Source: the human T2T-CHM13v2.0 reference genome, Homo sapiens | Assembly: GCF_009914755.1 (NCBI RefSeq) | Contig: NC_060933.1 | DNA: 64,000 bases | Strand: one strand, 5' to 3' | Part shown: piece by piece, positions 13,925-26,456 of the stretch | How the letters are laid out: the number at the start of each line of letters is the position of its first letter | Position numbering within the stretch: position 1 is the first letter of the stretch | The notes under the pieces: model-generated | What the model saw: the letters and a program-made list of their open reading frames with translations, nothing else | The model's database searches: none | What the model was told of the DNA's origin: nothing | Position numbers and translations under genes: made by a program

Positions 13925-16768
13925 TGGGGTCAGGGGTTCTGTCTCTTTTATCTTGAGTTCCACCAGGAGCCCTTGATAAGTCTAGAAGTGGGACCTAAGC
14001 ATGAGTTTATAACCTTTTTAGTCAATTCAGGAGTGGCTCGATCCTCTGTTTGTTTTCCCCCCATCTAAATTGCCTGCTCTTCAGAGGAACTTTTGGTTTG
14101 TGGGGTAAAGGGAGAAGGATTTAAAGCAAAAATTTTAGAAAACACAGCAGTCAGATACCAGGCTCAATCAGCTCATATTCAGTTTTTGTTAATCCCTAAA
14201 GCAGGGACTAATTTACTAGGGAGGGATTTAATGTTGAAGTTAGGCATAGGCCTGCAGCTCAGCCCAAGAGGATTCCTCACTTCATTAAAGCTACTCACCA
14301 CTGCAGATGAAAAATATATTAATCCTAATGTCTGATCCAAAGAAGGAAACTGAGAGAAACTCTGAGTCCCTCCAAGCACATGAAGCTAAAAATCCCCAGG
14401 GAAGTAGTAAGGAGGAAACAATACCCCATTCCCCTAGAGGGCAGGATAGGGTTGAAACCTATAATTGAAGGTCTTATTAAAGATGGGCTTCTTGAGCCCT
14501 CTATGTCCCCTTATAACACCTCAATATTGCCAGTCAAGAAATCACATGGGTCATACCGGCTGGTACAAGACCTTAGGGCTATTAACCAAATAGTCCAAAC
14601 TACCCACCCCATTGTCCTCGATCCTTACAGCATTCTCAGCAAGATTCCATATAATAATCAATGGTTTACTGTAATAGATTTGAAGGATGCTTTTTGGGCA
14701 TGTCTCCTGGCAGAAGATAGGCCAGATATATTTGCTTTTGAGTGGGAGGATCCCCATTCAGGGTAGAAACAATATCGATGGATAGTCTTACCCCAAGGGT
14801 TCACAAACTCCCCTAACCTTTTCAGTCAAATTTTAGAACAAGTATTAGAAAAAGTTATCATCCCAAACAAATATGCCTGCTCCAATACGCTGGTGAAGAT
14901 ATAGAGAAGGTAGCTGGCTTCTCTACACATATTCTCAACCATCTGCAGTTCGAGGGGTTATGAGTCTCAAAGGGAAAGCTTCAGTATGTAGAACCTGAAA
15001 TTAAATATTTAGACCACTTGATAAGTGCAGAGAAGTGAAGAATAGGGCCTGAACGAGTTGAGGGAATCGTGTCCCTACCCTTGCCTCAAACTTAAGAACT
15101 CAGGAAATTTTTAGGGTTAGTTGGATACTGCTGCTTATGGATTAACTCACATGCACTAAACAGTAAAATTCTATATCCAAAACTTTCCCAGGGGAAGACT
15201 GACCATTTCCTGTGGATTTCTGAGGAAGTCGATCAGGTTGAAGAGCTGAAAAAAAGGCTTATAACAGCCCCTCTCTTAGCCTTACCTTCCCTAGAAAAGC
15301 CATTCCACCTTTTTGTCAATGTGGATAATGGGGTAGCTTTAGGAATGCTCACTTAAGAACACGGAGGCCATCGGCAGCCCATGGTGGCCTTCCTGTCAAA
15401 AGTCTTAGATCCAGTTACTTGTGAGTGGCCTCAATACATCCAATCCATTGTGGCTACAGCACTAATGGTCAAAGAAAGCAGGAAGTTAACCTTTGGAGGA
15501 AAATTGACAGTAAGAATGCCCCATCAAGTTAGAACTATCTTAAACCAGATAGCAGGGAGGTGGCTTACTGACTCAAGAATCTTAAAGTATGAGACTATTC
15601 TGTTAGAAAAAGATGATTTAACATTAACCACTGATAATTCCCTTAACCCAGCAGTTTTTCTAATAGGGGATCCAAATCTAAAGAGATAGCACACATGTTT
15701 AGATTTAACTGATTACCATACAAAAGTCTGACCAGACCTAGGAGAAACTCCCTTCAGGATGGGATGACACTTATTTATAGATGGTTCTTCCCAGGTGATT
15801 GAGGCAAAAAGATGCAATGGGTATTCAGTAATTGATGGAGAAACTCTTGAAGAAATTGAGGCAGGAAAATTGTCTAAGAATTGGACTGCCCAAACTTGTG
15901 AGCTGTTTGCACTCAGCCAAGCCTTAAAGTACTTGCAGAACCAGGAAGGAGCCATCTATACCAATTCTAAGTACGCCTTTGGAGTGGCTCATACATTCGG
16001 AAAAATTTGGACTGAACGAGGTCTCATTAATAGTAAACGTCAAGATCTTTTTCATAAGGAGATATTCACCCAAGTATTGAATAACCTTCAGTTGCCAGAA
16101 GAAATAGTGACTGTCCATGACCCAGACACCAGAAAAGTCTTTCTTTTGACAGTCTAGGAAATAACCCAGCAGATTACATAGGCAAACAGGCTGCCATTTC
16201 TTTTAAAACATCTATTTTTCACTGAACTCTTTACCTTCTTCCTCCTAACATAATCTCCATTTTCTCTTCCACTGAAAAGAGAAACTAATAAAAATAGGTG
16301 CTAAGGAGAATTCAAAAGAAAAATGGATATTGCCAGACCAGAGGGAAATGTTGTCCAAACCCCTTATGAGGGAAAACTTGTCCCAACTGCATCAAGGGAC
16401 CCACTGGGGGTCCCAAGCCATGTGTGACACTGTTCTGAAAGTTTTTGGGTGTATAGGAATTTATACTCTGGCCAAACAGGTTACAGAGAGTTGCTTAGTA
16501 TGTAAGAAAACTAATTAACAAACTATAAAAAGATTACCCCTTGGGAGAAGGAGTCCAGACTTAAAGTATCCAGATTGATTACACAGAGATGCCTCCAATA
16601 GGTCGTCTAAAATATTTACTAGTGACAGTAGATCACCTTACTCACTGGGTCAAAGCTATTCCCTTTTCAAATGTGATGGCCAATAATGTAGTTAAGGCCT
16701 TAATTGAAAATATAGTGCCCAGGTTTAGGCTAGTAGAAAACATTGACTCAGAAAATGGAACCCATTTT
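13925..16768 (+). pseudogene. pol: ERV pro-pol remnant (PR, RT, RNase H, truncated IN)
   Basis: FLVNSG and NLLGRDL (PR); SPYNTSILPVKK..YRLVQDLR..FTVIDLKDAF and LPQGFTNSP (RT); FIDGSS..AQTCELFAL..YTNSKY (RNase H); LHQGTHWG..CLVC..IDSENGTHF (IN); many stops and frameshifts. Confidence 0.92.
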
Positions 16769-18656
16769 GCCTCAAACTGTTACATTTGATGCTTGCCTTG
16801 TTATACCTTGTGGAGCCTTGTCAGGTCAAAGACAGCTCTCCAATTCAGAAAAGTACCTCTGTACTTCCTGGCTGTCCTCAGACTGGACATTAGTGAATTT
16901 GGATCATTTAGTCTGGGAAAGTTTCAATGAAGACCCCAGTGTCAACTGGGAGTTTTGCCCCCTTGACACAGAGCTTTTATGACGTAGTTGGTCCAACTAC
17001 ATGCAAGTGAGAGCAAGGATGGCTGCCCCAACCAGTAGTTGTAATTTCTAAAACCATACCTTCATTTTACTAAAGATATAGCTCCCCCTAACTTTCAGGT
17101 AAACTAGTGCAACTCAATACAGGTTATTATTTCAAACCTTCAAAGTTCTTCCCCTTCTCTAAGCCAATTCCCTTCTTTAAGCTGGTTTTATGATATGGGA
17201 GCTGAGTTTTCAGAAACAGACCCTATTGGTTCTTTGAAATATGCTTCATTTCTCCCCTACTGCTTACAGCTTCCCCTAAGTCTTCTTCCAAAAACTCTCA
17301 CAATGAAACTGTTGTTCCTCCTCCATCTAATGAGAAGACCAAGGTAGCTATTGTAAAAGTTAAAGACCTAAAACAAACTTTGGCAACTGAGACAGGATAT
17401 CAAGATGTGAATGCCTGGTTGGAATGGATCAAATACTCCATTCGCACTTTAAACAAAAGCAATTGTTATGCTTGTGCACACAGCAGACCAGAGGCCCAGA
17501 TTGTTCCCTTTCCACTAGGATGGTCCTTCAGTCAACGAGGCATGGGCTGTATGGTAGCTCTTTTCCAGGGTTCCACAGCCTGGTGTAACAAGTCATGTCA
17601 ATCTCTCTCTCTGCTATATCCCAAAGTTCAACACCTTGCAGGTCAGCCCCCAAGGACCATCCAGCTTCCTTCTCCTGACACTAAGTTCACTTCATGTCTC
17701 TCACAACAAGGAGGAAACTTAGCTTTGCTTGGAAACCTAAAAGATGCAGTAAGCTTAAGACTTTCCAAGAGCTTACCAATCAGTCAGCCCTTATACAATC
17801 CTGAGAAGATTTATGGTGGTATTGTGGTGGATCTTTACAGGACACTCTGTCAAGTAACTGGAGCAGCGCTGGTGCTCTAGTCCAGTTGGCTATACTTTTC
17901 ACTCTGGCATTTCATCAACCAGAAAAAGGGAAAACACAACATAGTAAAGCAAGGGAAGTCCTTTATGGGTCTTTTGACTCCCACATTTATTTAGATGTTA
18001 TTGGAATCCCATGAGGAGTACCAGATATATTTAAGCCCAAGTTCAAATAGCTACCGGATTTGAATTGATATTTTGGTATGTGACAATAAAAATGTAGATT
18101 GGATAAATTAAATCTATAATAATCAACAGTGGTTTATTAATTACACCAGGGGTGTTGTCAAAGGAATAGCGGAACAATTGAGGCCCACTAGCCAGATGGC
18201 CTGGGAAAACAGAATGGCCCTAGTTATGATATTAGCTGAAAATGGTGGTGTTTGTGTTATGATTAAAACTCAGTGTTGTACCTTTATCCATTGGGGGCAA
18301 ACAACACTGCCCCCAATGGGAGCATAACAAGGGCCCTACAAGGATTTACCACTTTATCCAATGAATTAGCTAAAAATTCTGGAGTCAATAACCCTTTCTC
18401 AAGATGGCTAGAAAGGTGGTTCAGTAAATGGAAAGAAATTGTAGCCTCAATTCTTACTTCTCTTACAGCAGTAATTGGTGTACTCATTCTTGTTGGGTGT
18501 TGTGTCATACCATGCATCCATGGGCTAGTGCAAAGGCTTATAGAAACAACACTTTCTAAAACCTCCCTTAGCTGTCCTCCACCTTATTCAGATAGGCTTT
18601 TCCTTTTAGAGGATCAAGTTGAAAAAAAAAATCCAAGACATGCTAAAAAGGTTTGA
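16769..18656 (+). pseudogene. env: ERV env remnant, 5' end deleted
   Basis: NAWLEWIKYS..SNCYAC; immunosuppressive-domain and CX6CC text WENRMALVMILAENGGVCVMIKTQCCTFI; TM helix IVASILTSLTAVIGVLILVGCCVIPCI. Confidence 0.88.
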
Positions 18657-18689
18657 AGAGGAAGGGCTATAAAAATTGAAAGAGGCAAT

Positions 18690-19295
18690 TGTAGAATACA
18701 GTGAATTACTCTTCAAAGGTTTTAGCCTGTTAACATCCTTTAAAATTCAAGAGAGGGAAGATTGTTAAGTACAGTGAGTTCTCATTTCCTCTTCAAAGAG
18801 TCAATAAGTCAGTATGTTCAGCTTCTCTGTTCTTTGTTCTCCATTTAAAGTTTAACTTCCTCATTCTTTATGCTTCCTTGCCCCTAGTTTCAGTAAATGA
18901 CCCCCTCCTAGTCCCTATCACCTACTCTGTCCTTAGTCATTCTTAGTCACTTGCTCTGTTCTTAGTCATCCTTAGTCACCTGCTCTGTAACCGTCCTTCC
19001 TGAGGAAACTACCCACCCCGCCACTCTGGCTTGCACCCCTGTCCTCTTTGAAGTAGCCAGTCAAAATTAGCTTAGAGTGTGCAGTACAACCCTATCCAAT
19101 AGGGGAAAGATACAGCAGTAGGGACTATCTGTATTAGGAATAAGAACCCTTTCCCCTCCCTTATCCAGTGTGCCCTTGCCATTGCTCCATCTGCAAGACT
19201 CACCCTTCTATAGAAGTAAATTTGCCTTGCTGGAGTGTTAACTTGTTGTTGGAGTGCTAACTCTTCTTTGTGGCACCAAAAAGTTATTTCCAACA
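18690..19295 (+). mobile_element. 3' LTR (LTR10 family)
   Basis: TG...CA ends (tgtagaatacag...tttccaaca) after purine-rich gaaagaggc; CCAAT box; AGTAAA at 19215-19220. Confidence 0.92.
18919..18988 (+). promoter_or_regulatory. 29-bp tandem repeat with four TTAGTCA (AP-1-like) motifs in the 3' LTR
   Basis: Unit cacctgctctgtccttagtcatccttagt, about 2.4 copies; TTAGTCA at 18933, 18943, 18962 and 18972; the 5' LTR equivalent is at 10907-10976. Confidence 0.7.
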
Positions 19296-19605
19296 CGAAG
19301 CTGCACCCTTGGTGGAGGGAACATCTGACGAAGTTCAATGTTTGGGGAAAACAATATCTGGAAAGATTGAAGAGTCAGCAGGAGAAACACCTAGGAAAAT
19401 TACAAGGCCTGTGAAAGAAACATCTGAGAAATTTGCATGGCCACAAGAAAGACCTACAAAGACCACATGGGAGGAAAAAGAAACATCTGTAAAGACTGAA
19501 TGCGTGGCAGGAGTAACATCTAATAAAACTGAAGTTTTGGAAGAAGGAACATCTAAGATGATCACATGTCCTACAAAAAAACAGCTACAAAAGCAAGTAC
19601 ACATG
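19296..19605 (+). pseudogene. ANKRD30-like exon 7, 3' part
   Basis: Resumes right after the 3' LTR: EAAPLVEGTSDEVQCLGKTISGKIEESAGETPRKITRPVKETSEKFAWP...SKMITCPTK; intact donor catg|gtaaga. Confidence 0.92.
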
Positions 19606-20375
19606 GTAAGATGCTTGAGTGAACTTTGTAGAGTTTATTGGCACTTTGGGTTCCCTAGTGGAAATAGTGTGGTATGGGAGTAGTCGGGAATGGCTTGAAT
19701 GTCTAGATAAGGCAAGCTTGGGCAACACATTTTAATAGTGTAGAAATGAGTAGATCTTATTCTATAGGCCCTGGAAAAATTCCCAGAATACTTCTGGCTG
19801 TAAATATTAGATGAACTAACTAACAATTGCTAAAACCATAGAAACCAAAGTTTTTTTGGTGGTACAGGGATATTATAGGATCTCACTCTGCCCCCCACCC
19901 CCATTATTAGTTGTGCTATCGGCAGTGTTTTGTCCATGTCTCCTTTCTTGGTTGGCTAATTAGCAACAGCTCCAATCATCATGCTAACTCAAGACAATAT
20001 CTGAAGGCTGGGGGTGCTGCTTTTGTTCACATTTTTTTTTTTTAAATAGGAAGAAAACTTGGAAGCTTGCAGTAATCTTCCTGTAACATTTTATTGGCTG
20101 GATTATACCACATGCTTATTTCTATACCAATCACTAGGAAAACAAATGTAATTACTGTGATTAGCTTAGAATAATGATTTTTCTTTTAAGATTGGATGGG
20201 GGTAACGGAATAGTAAATATCTAAATGAACTTGTGTTTCTACAGCAATAAAGAATAAATAATGACTATGCATAGGAAGCCAGCAATGTTTTCTGCAGGAA
20301 CACAGTGGAAAAGTTTGAGCAGGGGAATCACAAGATTAGATTTGAGTATCAGGGCATTCTGGTCATGGTATAAAG

Positions 20376-20590
20376 CAGAGATTGGCAAACTTTTCCTGTA
20401 AAGTGCCAGATAGCGAATATGTTGGGTCATGTGGTCTCTATTACAGCTATTCAACTCTGCCATTGTAGGGTGACAGGAGTCATAGATAATGGATGGGCAA
20501 AGAGGCATGATTGTACTCCAATAAAAGTTTGTATAAAAAACCATTTAGAAAGCTGAATTTGGCCTGTGGCCTATAGTTTCTGGCCCTTCA
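20376..20590. mobile_element. MER58A-like hAT DNA transposon
   Basis: cagagattggcaaacttttcctgtaaag...ctattcaactctgccattgtag...ggcctgtggcctatagttt. Confidence 0.75.
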
Positions 20591-21779
20591 TATAGAAGAT
20601 AGATGGAGGATAATCACATAAAAAGATTTAAAGATGAAGTTTTTGTAGTAGTTCATGCGATGGTCTTTTTTTTTTTTGTAACAAATCTGTGGCCTAGTAT
20701 CAATCTATTATGAAAGTTTGATCCATCAAGGGTAAAATGAATCAAGTTCAGAAGCTCAATTTACACATTTAAACATGTAGGTCCTTCTTTGGCATTATTT
20801 TATTTTGATTAATTTTTTAACTTAAAAAATAAGAACAGTAATTTGTAGGGTTTCTTTTTCCCTGTGAAAGCCATCAGTTAAGGGGCCACGTTTAACTAGG
20901 AAATATAAATATAAAATAAATAAGTATGTATTTCCAGTGGCACTGGAAAGATAAAGCAAAGGCAGAAAAGAGGTGCAGTTAATATGGCTTAGTGATAATT
21001 GAGTTTAAAAAGCTAGGGGACAGATAAAATCTCAGGTCATTCATAAGTTTTCAGATTGTGCACAAGCATTTACAATGATCATGGGGAAGGAGTAGGAATT
21101 TCTCAGGTTAACAGAGAAGTGCAAACAGTCATGAGACAGACCAACAGTTTTCTTTACATATTGAGTTCAACGAAACATTCTTGTGGGATACTTTCAGTAG
21201 GCAATTGGATTATATGCATTTCTAGCTGGAGATAGAACTCTGCTTGAAGATGCAGGCTTAGAATACTTTTATTATAATTATTAGGCAAAGCCATAGATCT
21301 CAATGAGCTTATCCATGAGGCAGTAGATGTAGAATAAAAAGAAAGCCATTGACAAAACCCTGGGAATATCAACATTTCACAAGAGTCAAAGGACTTGGTA
21401 AAGGAGACTGAGCAGTGGTTAAAGAAACGTAGAAGAGGAGTCTGAGAAAGTGATGTTACAAATTTCTTTTAAATGTGAGAATTTCAAGCAGTAAAATTAC
21501 TCAAAAGTCTACTGGATTTAACTTACAAGATCTTCAGTGGTAATCTGTTCAAAAGAATTATTTTAGAGTTGTTAGGTATACTTTTGATGTGGTTGATATT
21601 TCTGGTATCCAAGAAGAAATCTCCCAAGATCCTACCTAACTTTTTGTAACTAAAGCAGCATACATACACAGGGAGTGGGAAAATGTCTAGACTGGTGAGT
21701 ACACATGCCAACATTTTTCCAGAATTTTCTGCCTCCCTATACGGCTTGAGTAAGGGGTTTAGAGATTTTAGACTATACT

Positions 21780-22900
21780 TGGGAATTTGTCTATTTCTTT
21801 TGCAGTTCTGTCAATTTTTGTATCATGTATTTTGAAGCATTTATGTTATTATGTACATAAATATTTAGGACTGTTATGTTTTCTTGATTAATTGAACCCT
21901 TTGTCACTATAAAATGACATTGTATATTGCTGGTAATATTTTTGCTATGAAATGTACTTTGGTATTAATACAACCACTCTTCCTCAGCCTTCTTTTGTCA
22001 AGTGTTAGTGTGGTATATCTTGTTTCATCTTTTAACTAATTTTTGTCTTTATATTTAAAGTTTATTTCTTATATGCATTATACAGGTAAGACTTGCTTTT
22101 TTATCCATTCTGACAATCTGCCTTTGAGTAGAGGTTTTTAGAGCAGTTTAATTTATAATGTAATTATTGATATGATTAGAGTTGTCTGTCATCACACTGT
22201 TTGATTTCTATTAGTCCCAGATCTTCTTTGCTTTGCTTTTTTCCTTTTTCTGCTTCCTTCAGACTAGTTTAGTAATTTTTATGATTTAGTTACATATCTG
22301 TACATGCATAACTTTTTTAGTTATTAATCTAGTGTTACATTTCTTTATGATTTAGTCATATCTTTTTTGGTATAAGTTTATTTGGTATTAGGTATAACTC
22401 TTTGCTGTCCTAGTAGTTGCTTTGGGATTTATAGTGTATGAATTTACCTCATCACAATCCACCTTCAAGTAATATTATATCATATCATAGACGGTATAAG
22501 AAATTACAACCATATTTTCATTTCTTTTCTATCAGCCAGATCCCAGCCTAGATCTGTGGGATTATGGCTGTCGTTAAGTTTAAAACATATTTAGCCAATT
22601 TTTTTCTCAAGTTTTTTATTCTGCCTCTCCTCCTACCTCTTTGGGGACTTATATATTACCTGCTGGAAGTTTGCTCATAGTTCACTAGTGTCTCAAATTT
22701 GTGACTCTTTTATTTCATGATGGCGAATTAATCTATGCTCATATCTACTCAGTGCAGCTTTCATCTCCAGCATTGTAACTTGTATCTCTACAAGTGCAAT
22801 TTGATTTTTAAAAGTATCTTCTACTGCTTTACTTATCTTCTTGAATTTTATGGTAGAATAGAGTTGAGTTACTTATAAAGAGCTTGATCCTTTTCATTTT
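21780..22900 (-). mobile_element. Old L1 (L1M-type) fragments
   Basis: T-rich text resembling reverse L1 ORF1/ORF2-start; boundaries approximate. Confidence 0.5.
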
Positions 22901-23925
22901 TCTTTTTATGGTATGAGCTAACTCCCCATACCTGAGGCAAGGCCTTTCTGAGTATTCATTCTCCTGTGAAGTCTCAGTTTTCCCAGGCAAATCTATAAAA
23001 ATAGATGCTCTTCTTGGCGCTGTGTGAGCAACAGTTGTGATTTCCTATAATTTTATAGGCCACCCCCCACCCCCACCTGGTTTGTTCTTAGGTAGTTTTC
23101 TAGCTCACATGCAATTTCCAAAATTTTGCTAAATATTGACAGGGGGTTTCTTGCCATTGATTCTGTATCTCTCTCTCCTCCTCAGTGTTTGTTCTGTAAT
23201 ATCTGTCTGCTTTGGTTTTACCAGACTCTAAGCTTCATCAATGTAACCAAGAGAGTCTGGTAGATCCCACCTCAGTTTTTTCTTCCTGTGTCATGTCTCG
23301 GAATCTCTGTCAAGGCAGGAAGCTGAAACATTCATAAGGTTTGCTTTCTTTCGTGTTTTTTTTTTTTTTTTCTGTTTTTCAGGGATTATTATCTCTTTGC
23401 CTAATGTCCAGTGTCTGAAAAATTGTTTACTGTATTTTGTGTGTTTTGATGCTAGTTATTTTAGCTATGAAGAAAAATCATACCTGTTGCTCTCCCTTGG
23501 CTAGAGGCAGACTACACTAGAGTTTCAGCACATGCCACAGACTGGCTAAAATGCTTTCCTTCCCTGTTTGCTCAACTGCTTCCTTTTCATTCTTCATTCC
23601 TCAGTGTAGCTATACGTTCCTCGGGGGAATTTTCCATGAGCCTAGTATAGATCTAATTCTTAGCAATCTGTTTTCTTACAGTATCTATCTGAATTTATAA
23701 CTGTCACTTTTCTGGGGCTTCGTCTTTTAGTACATTTTAAGTTAAACAAAGGCAGAGGTTTTTGTTTTTTTCTGTTTAATCTGCAGAGCTTAGTATAATG
23801 CCTTCCACGAGGTAGGCAAACAATATATATTTGTTCAGTGTATGAATTAGTGATTTTTAAAATATGCAGTTCTTTATATCCCAAAAGTACTTATATATTT
23901 TATTTCTATCTCCTCCTGGAGACAG

Positions 23926-24445
23926 ATTCAACTAGCCTATCAAAATTCTTGGATGCAATTCTTTCTTGTGAAAGAGCAAGGGAACTTAAAAAATATCCCT
24001 GTGAGCCAGGCGCCGTGGCTCACGCCTGTAATCCCATCACTTTGGGAGGCCAAGGCCGGCAGATCATGAGGTCAGGAGATCAAGACCATCCTTGCTAACA
24101 CAGTGAAACCCCGTCTCTACTAAAAATACCAAAAAAATTAGCCGGGCGTGGTGACGGTTGCCTGTAGTCCCAGCTACTCAGGAGGCTGAGGCAGGAGAAT
24201 GGCGTGAACCCAGGAGGCGGAGCTTGCAGTGAGTGGAGAACGCGCCACTGCACTCCAGCCTAGGCAACAGAGTGAGACTCCGTCAAAAAAAGAAAGAAAA
24301 AAAAATCCCTGTGAACAACTTACAGCAAAAATGAAACAAATGAAAAAAAAGCTTCGTGTACTACAAAAGGAACTATCAGAACCAAAAGAAATAAAATCAT
24401 AGAGAATCAAAAAGTTAAAAGAGAACAAGAGCTCTGCAGTGTGAG
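23926..24445 (+). pseudogene. ANKRD30-like coiled-coil exon split by an Alu
   Basis: gacag| [27 protein letters not shown] [Alu] [28 protein letters not shown]...EQELCSV |gtatga. Confidence 0.9.
24005..24304 (+). mobile_element. AluY-like insertion inside an ANKRD30 exon
   Basis: TSD core ATCCCTGTGA at 23995-24004 and 24305-24314; TT/AAAA target upstream. Confidence 0.95.
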
Positions 24446-25709
24446 GTATGACATACTAGTATATAGGATACTTTTAGTACTAGCTGACTTACCTTCTGAG
24501 GTTTAACTAGAGAAAGAAATCTCTGTCTTGTAGTGTCAAATCCATTTAAATAATACAAGTTATTAACTGTGAATACATCTCCTGATAATTAGATGCATAT
24601 TTATTTAAATCACAATTTTAATGGCTACATAGAAGGCCATTATTTGGAAACCCCATTATTTACTTAAAAAATTATTTTTTTATTTTTAATTTTTTTGTGT
24701 TATAATAAGTGCTGCAAGGCATAATTGCATGTAAATCCTTTTCTACCATTCTAATTATTGACTTGGAATAAATTATTCAATATAAAAATATTTGGTTAAA
24801 TTATAGGAAGTTTTAAGAAGTTCTTTGTTCATTACTTCTAAATTGTTCTCAAGAAAATTTATATTCATTTATAGTTCAACAAAGAGAGTGTGAAACGGCC
24901 ATTCCTCTACCCCCAATAATCATTTTCCTTTAATTATACACTTGTAATCTTAATATGCATGGAGTATAAAGAAAAATATAGAGTAATTTATGACTAGTAT
25001 ATTCAACATCTCTCTCTCTCCTACATAAATAAAATCAATTCAGAATTCTATGTTAAAAACACTTATTATTTTTATTTTTTAATTAAATATAATATTCTGT
25101 CTTATTCTAAAAGAGATTTAAAATTTGTTGATAAAATATAAAATAATCAACAAGATACATTTAAAGTATTACTAAAAAAAGAAACAAAAGATATATGGGA
25201 TAACAGATATTAGATTCTTCAGCCTAGTCTCAGATTTTAATATTATAATTATGTTTAAGGATATTTGCCTTATTTTTTAAAGATGAATATTTATGTCTAA
25301 TAAATATGTAAACTTGTTTATAAAAAGTAACGTCATTTTAATTAGTTAACTCTAAATGATCTGTCCTCATTGAGGAGTAATTTTGACTGTTATATTTTTA
25401 AAATAATAATTTTCAACTTATAACTTTACTGGATAGCTTCCAGTATTCTTTTCTGTAACAGTTGTTGAAGTTACTAGTAACAGAATCTTTCTAACTAGAA
25501 GATGTTTTTTTTCACTATTTTTCAAGTATGTGTATCATTTGGAAGAGAGTTCAGTAATAAATTAAATACCTCAGAACTAGAAAGGAAAAACGTATTCAAG
25601 AATATAGGAATTTTATTGGAATAATAAACCAATATAGGAAGAAGTAGATCTCAAAGTGAATTCTATTTTCTAACAAAATGAATTTTAAGATAAGTATATT
25701 TAATGGCAG

Positions 25710-25889
25710 AGTGACTTTAAAACAAGAAGAGAAGAGAAGAAATGCCAATATATTAAATGAAAAAATTAGGGAAGAATTAGGAAAATTCGAAGAGCAGCAA
25801 AAGAAAAAGTTAGAAGTGAAGCAACTTGAACTCACTCTCCGAATGTACAAAATGTGGAATTGAAGACTGTAAGAAGTAATTTGAATCAG
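25710..25889 (+). pseudogene. ANKRD30-like coiled-coil exon with mutated donor
   Basis: tggcag| VTLKQEEKRRNANILNEKIREELGKFEEQQKKKLEVKQLELTLR...ELKTVRSNLNQ, followed by ctcaat instead of a GT donor. Confidence 0.88.
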
Positions 25890-26181
25890 CTCAATCACTG
25901 GTAAAAATTTTATATATTTCTAATTTTATTTCATCAATATTACTTTTAATATCCCTTCGATTTAGTATGTATTATTCAGAATTATGATAATGCCGCTATA
26001 ATATTTAGGTACAAACTTTTGTATATTTCATTCAAAAGTTTTCATTTCTATTGGGTATGTACCTAGGAATGGAATTGCTGGGTCGTAAGGTACCTATGTA
26101 TAACCGTTTCAGCAATCACCTCACAGATTTCCAAAGTGTGCACGATTTTACTTTCCCACCGGCAATGTATGAAAGATCTAA

Positions 26182-26456
<275 letters not shown>

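Noticed and set aside
17380-18656. env ORFs as a domesticated syncytin-like gene
   Set aside because: The signal peptide and acceptor are deleted, and there are multiple stops and frameshifts.
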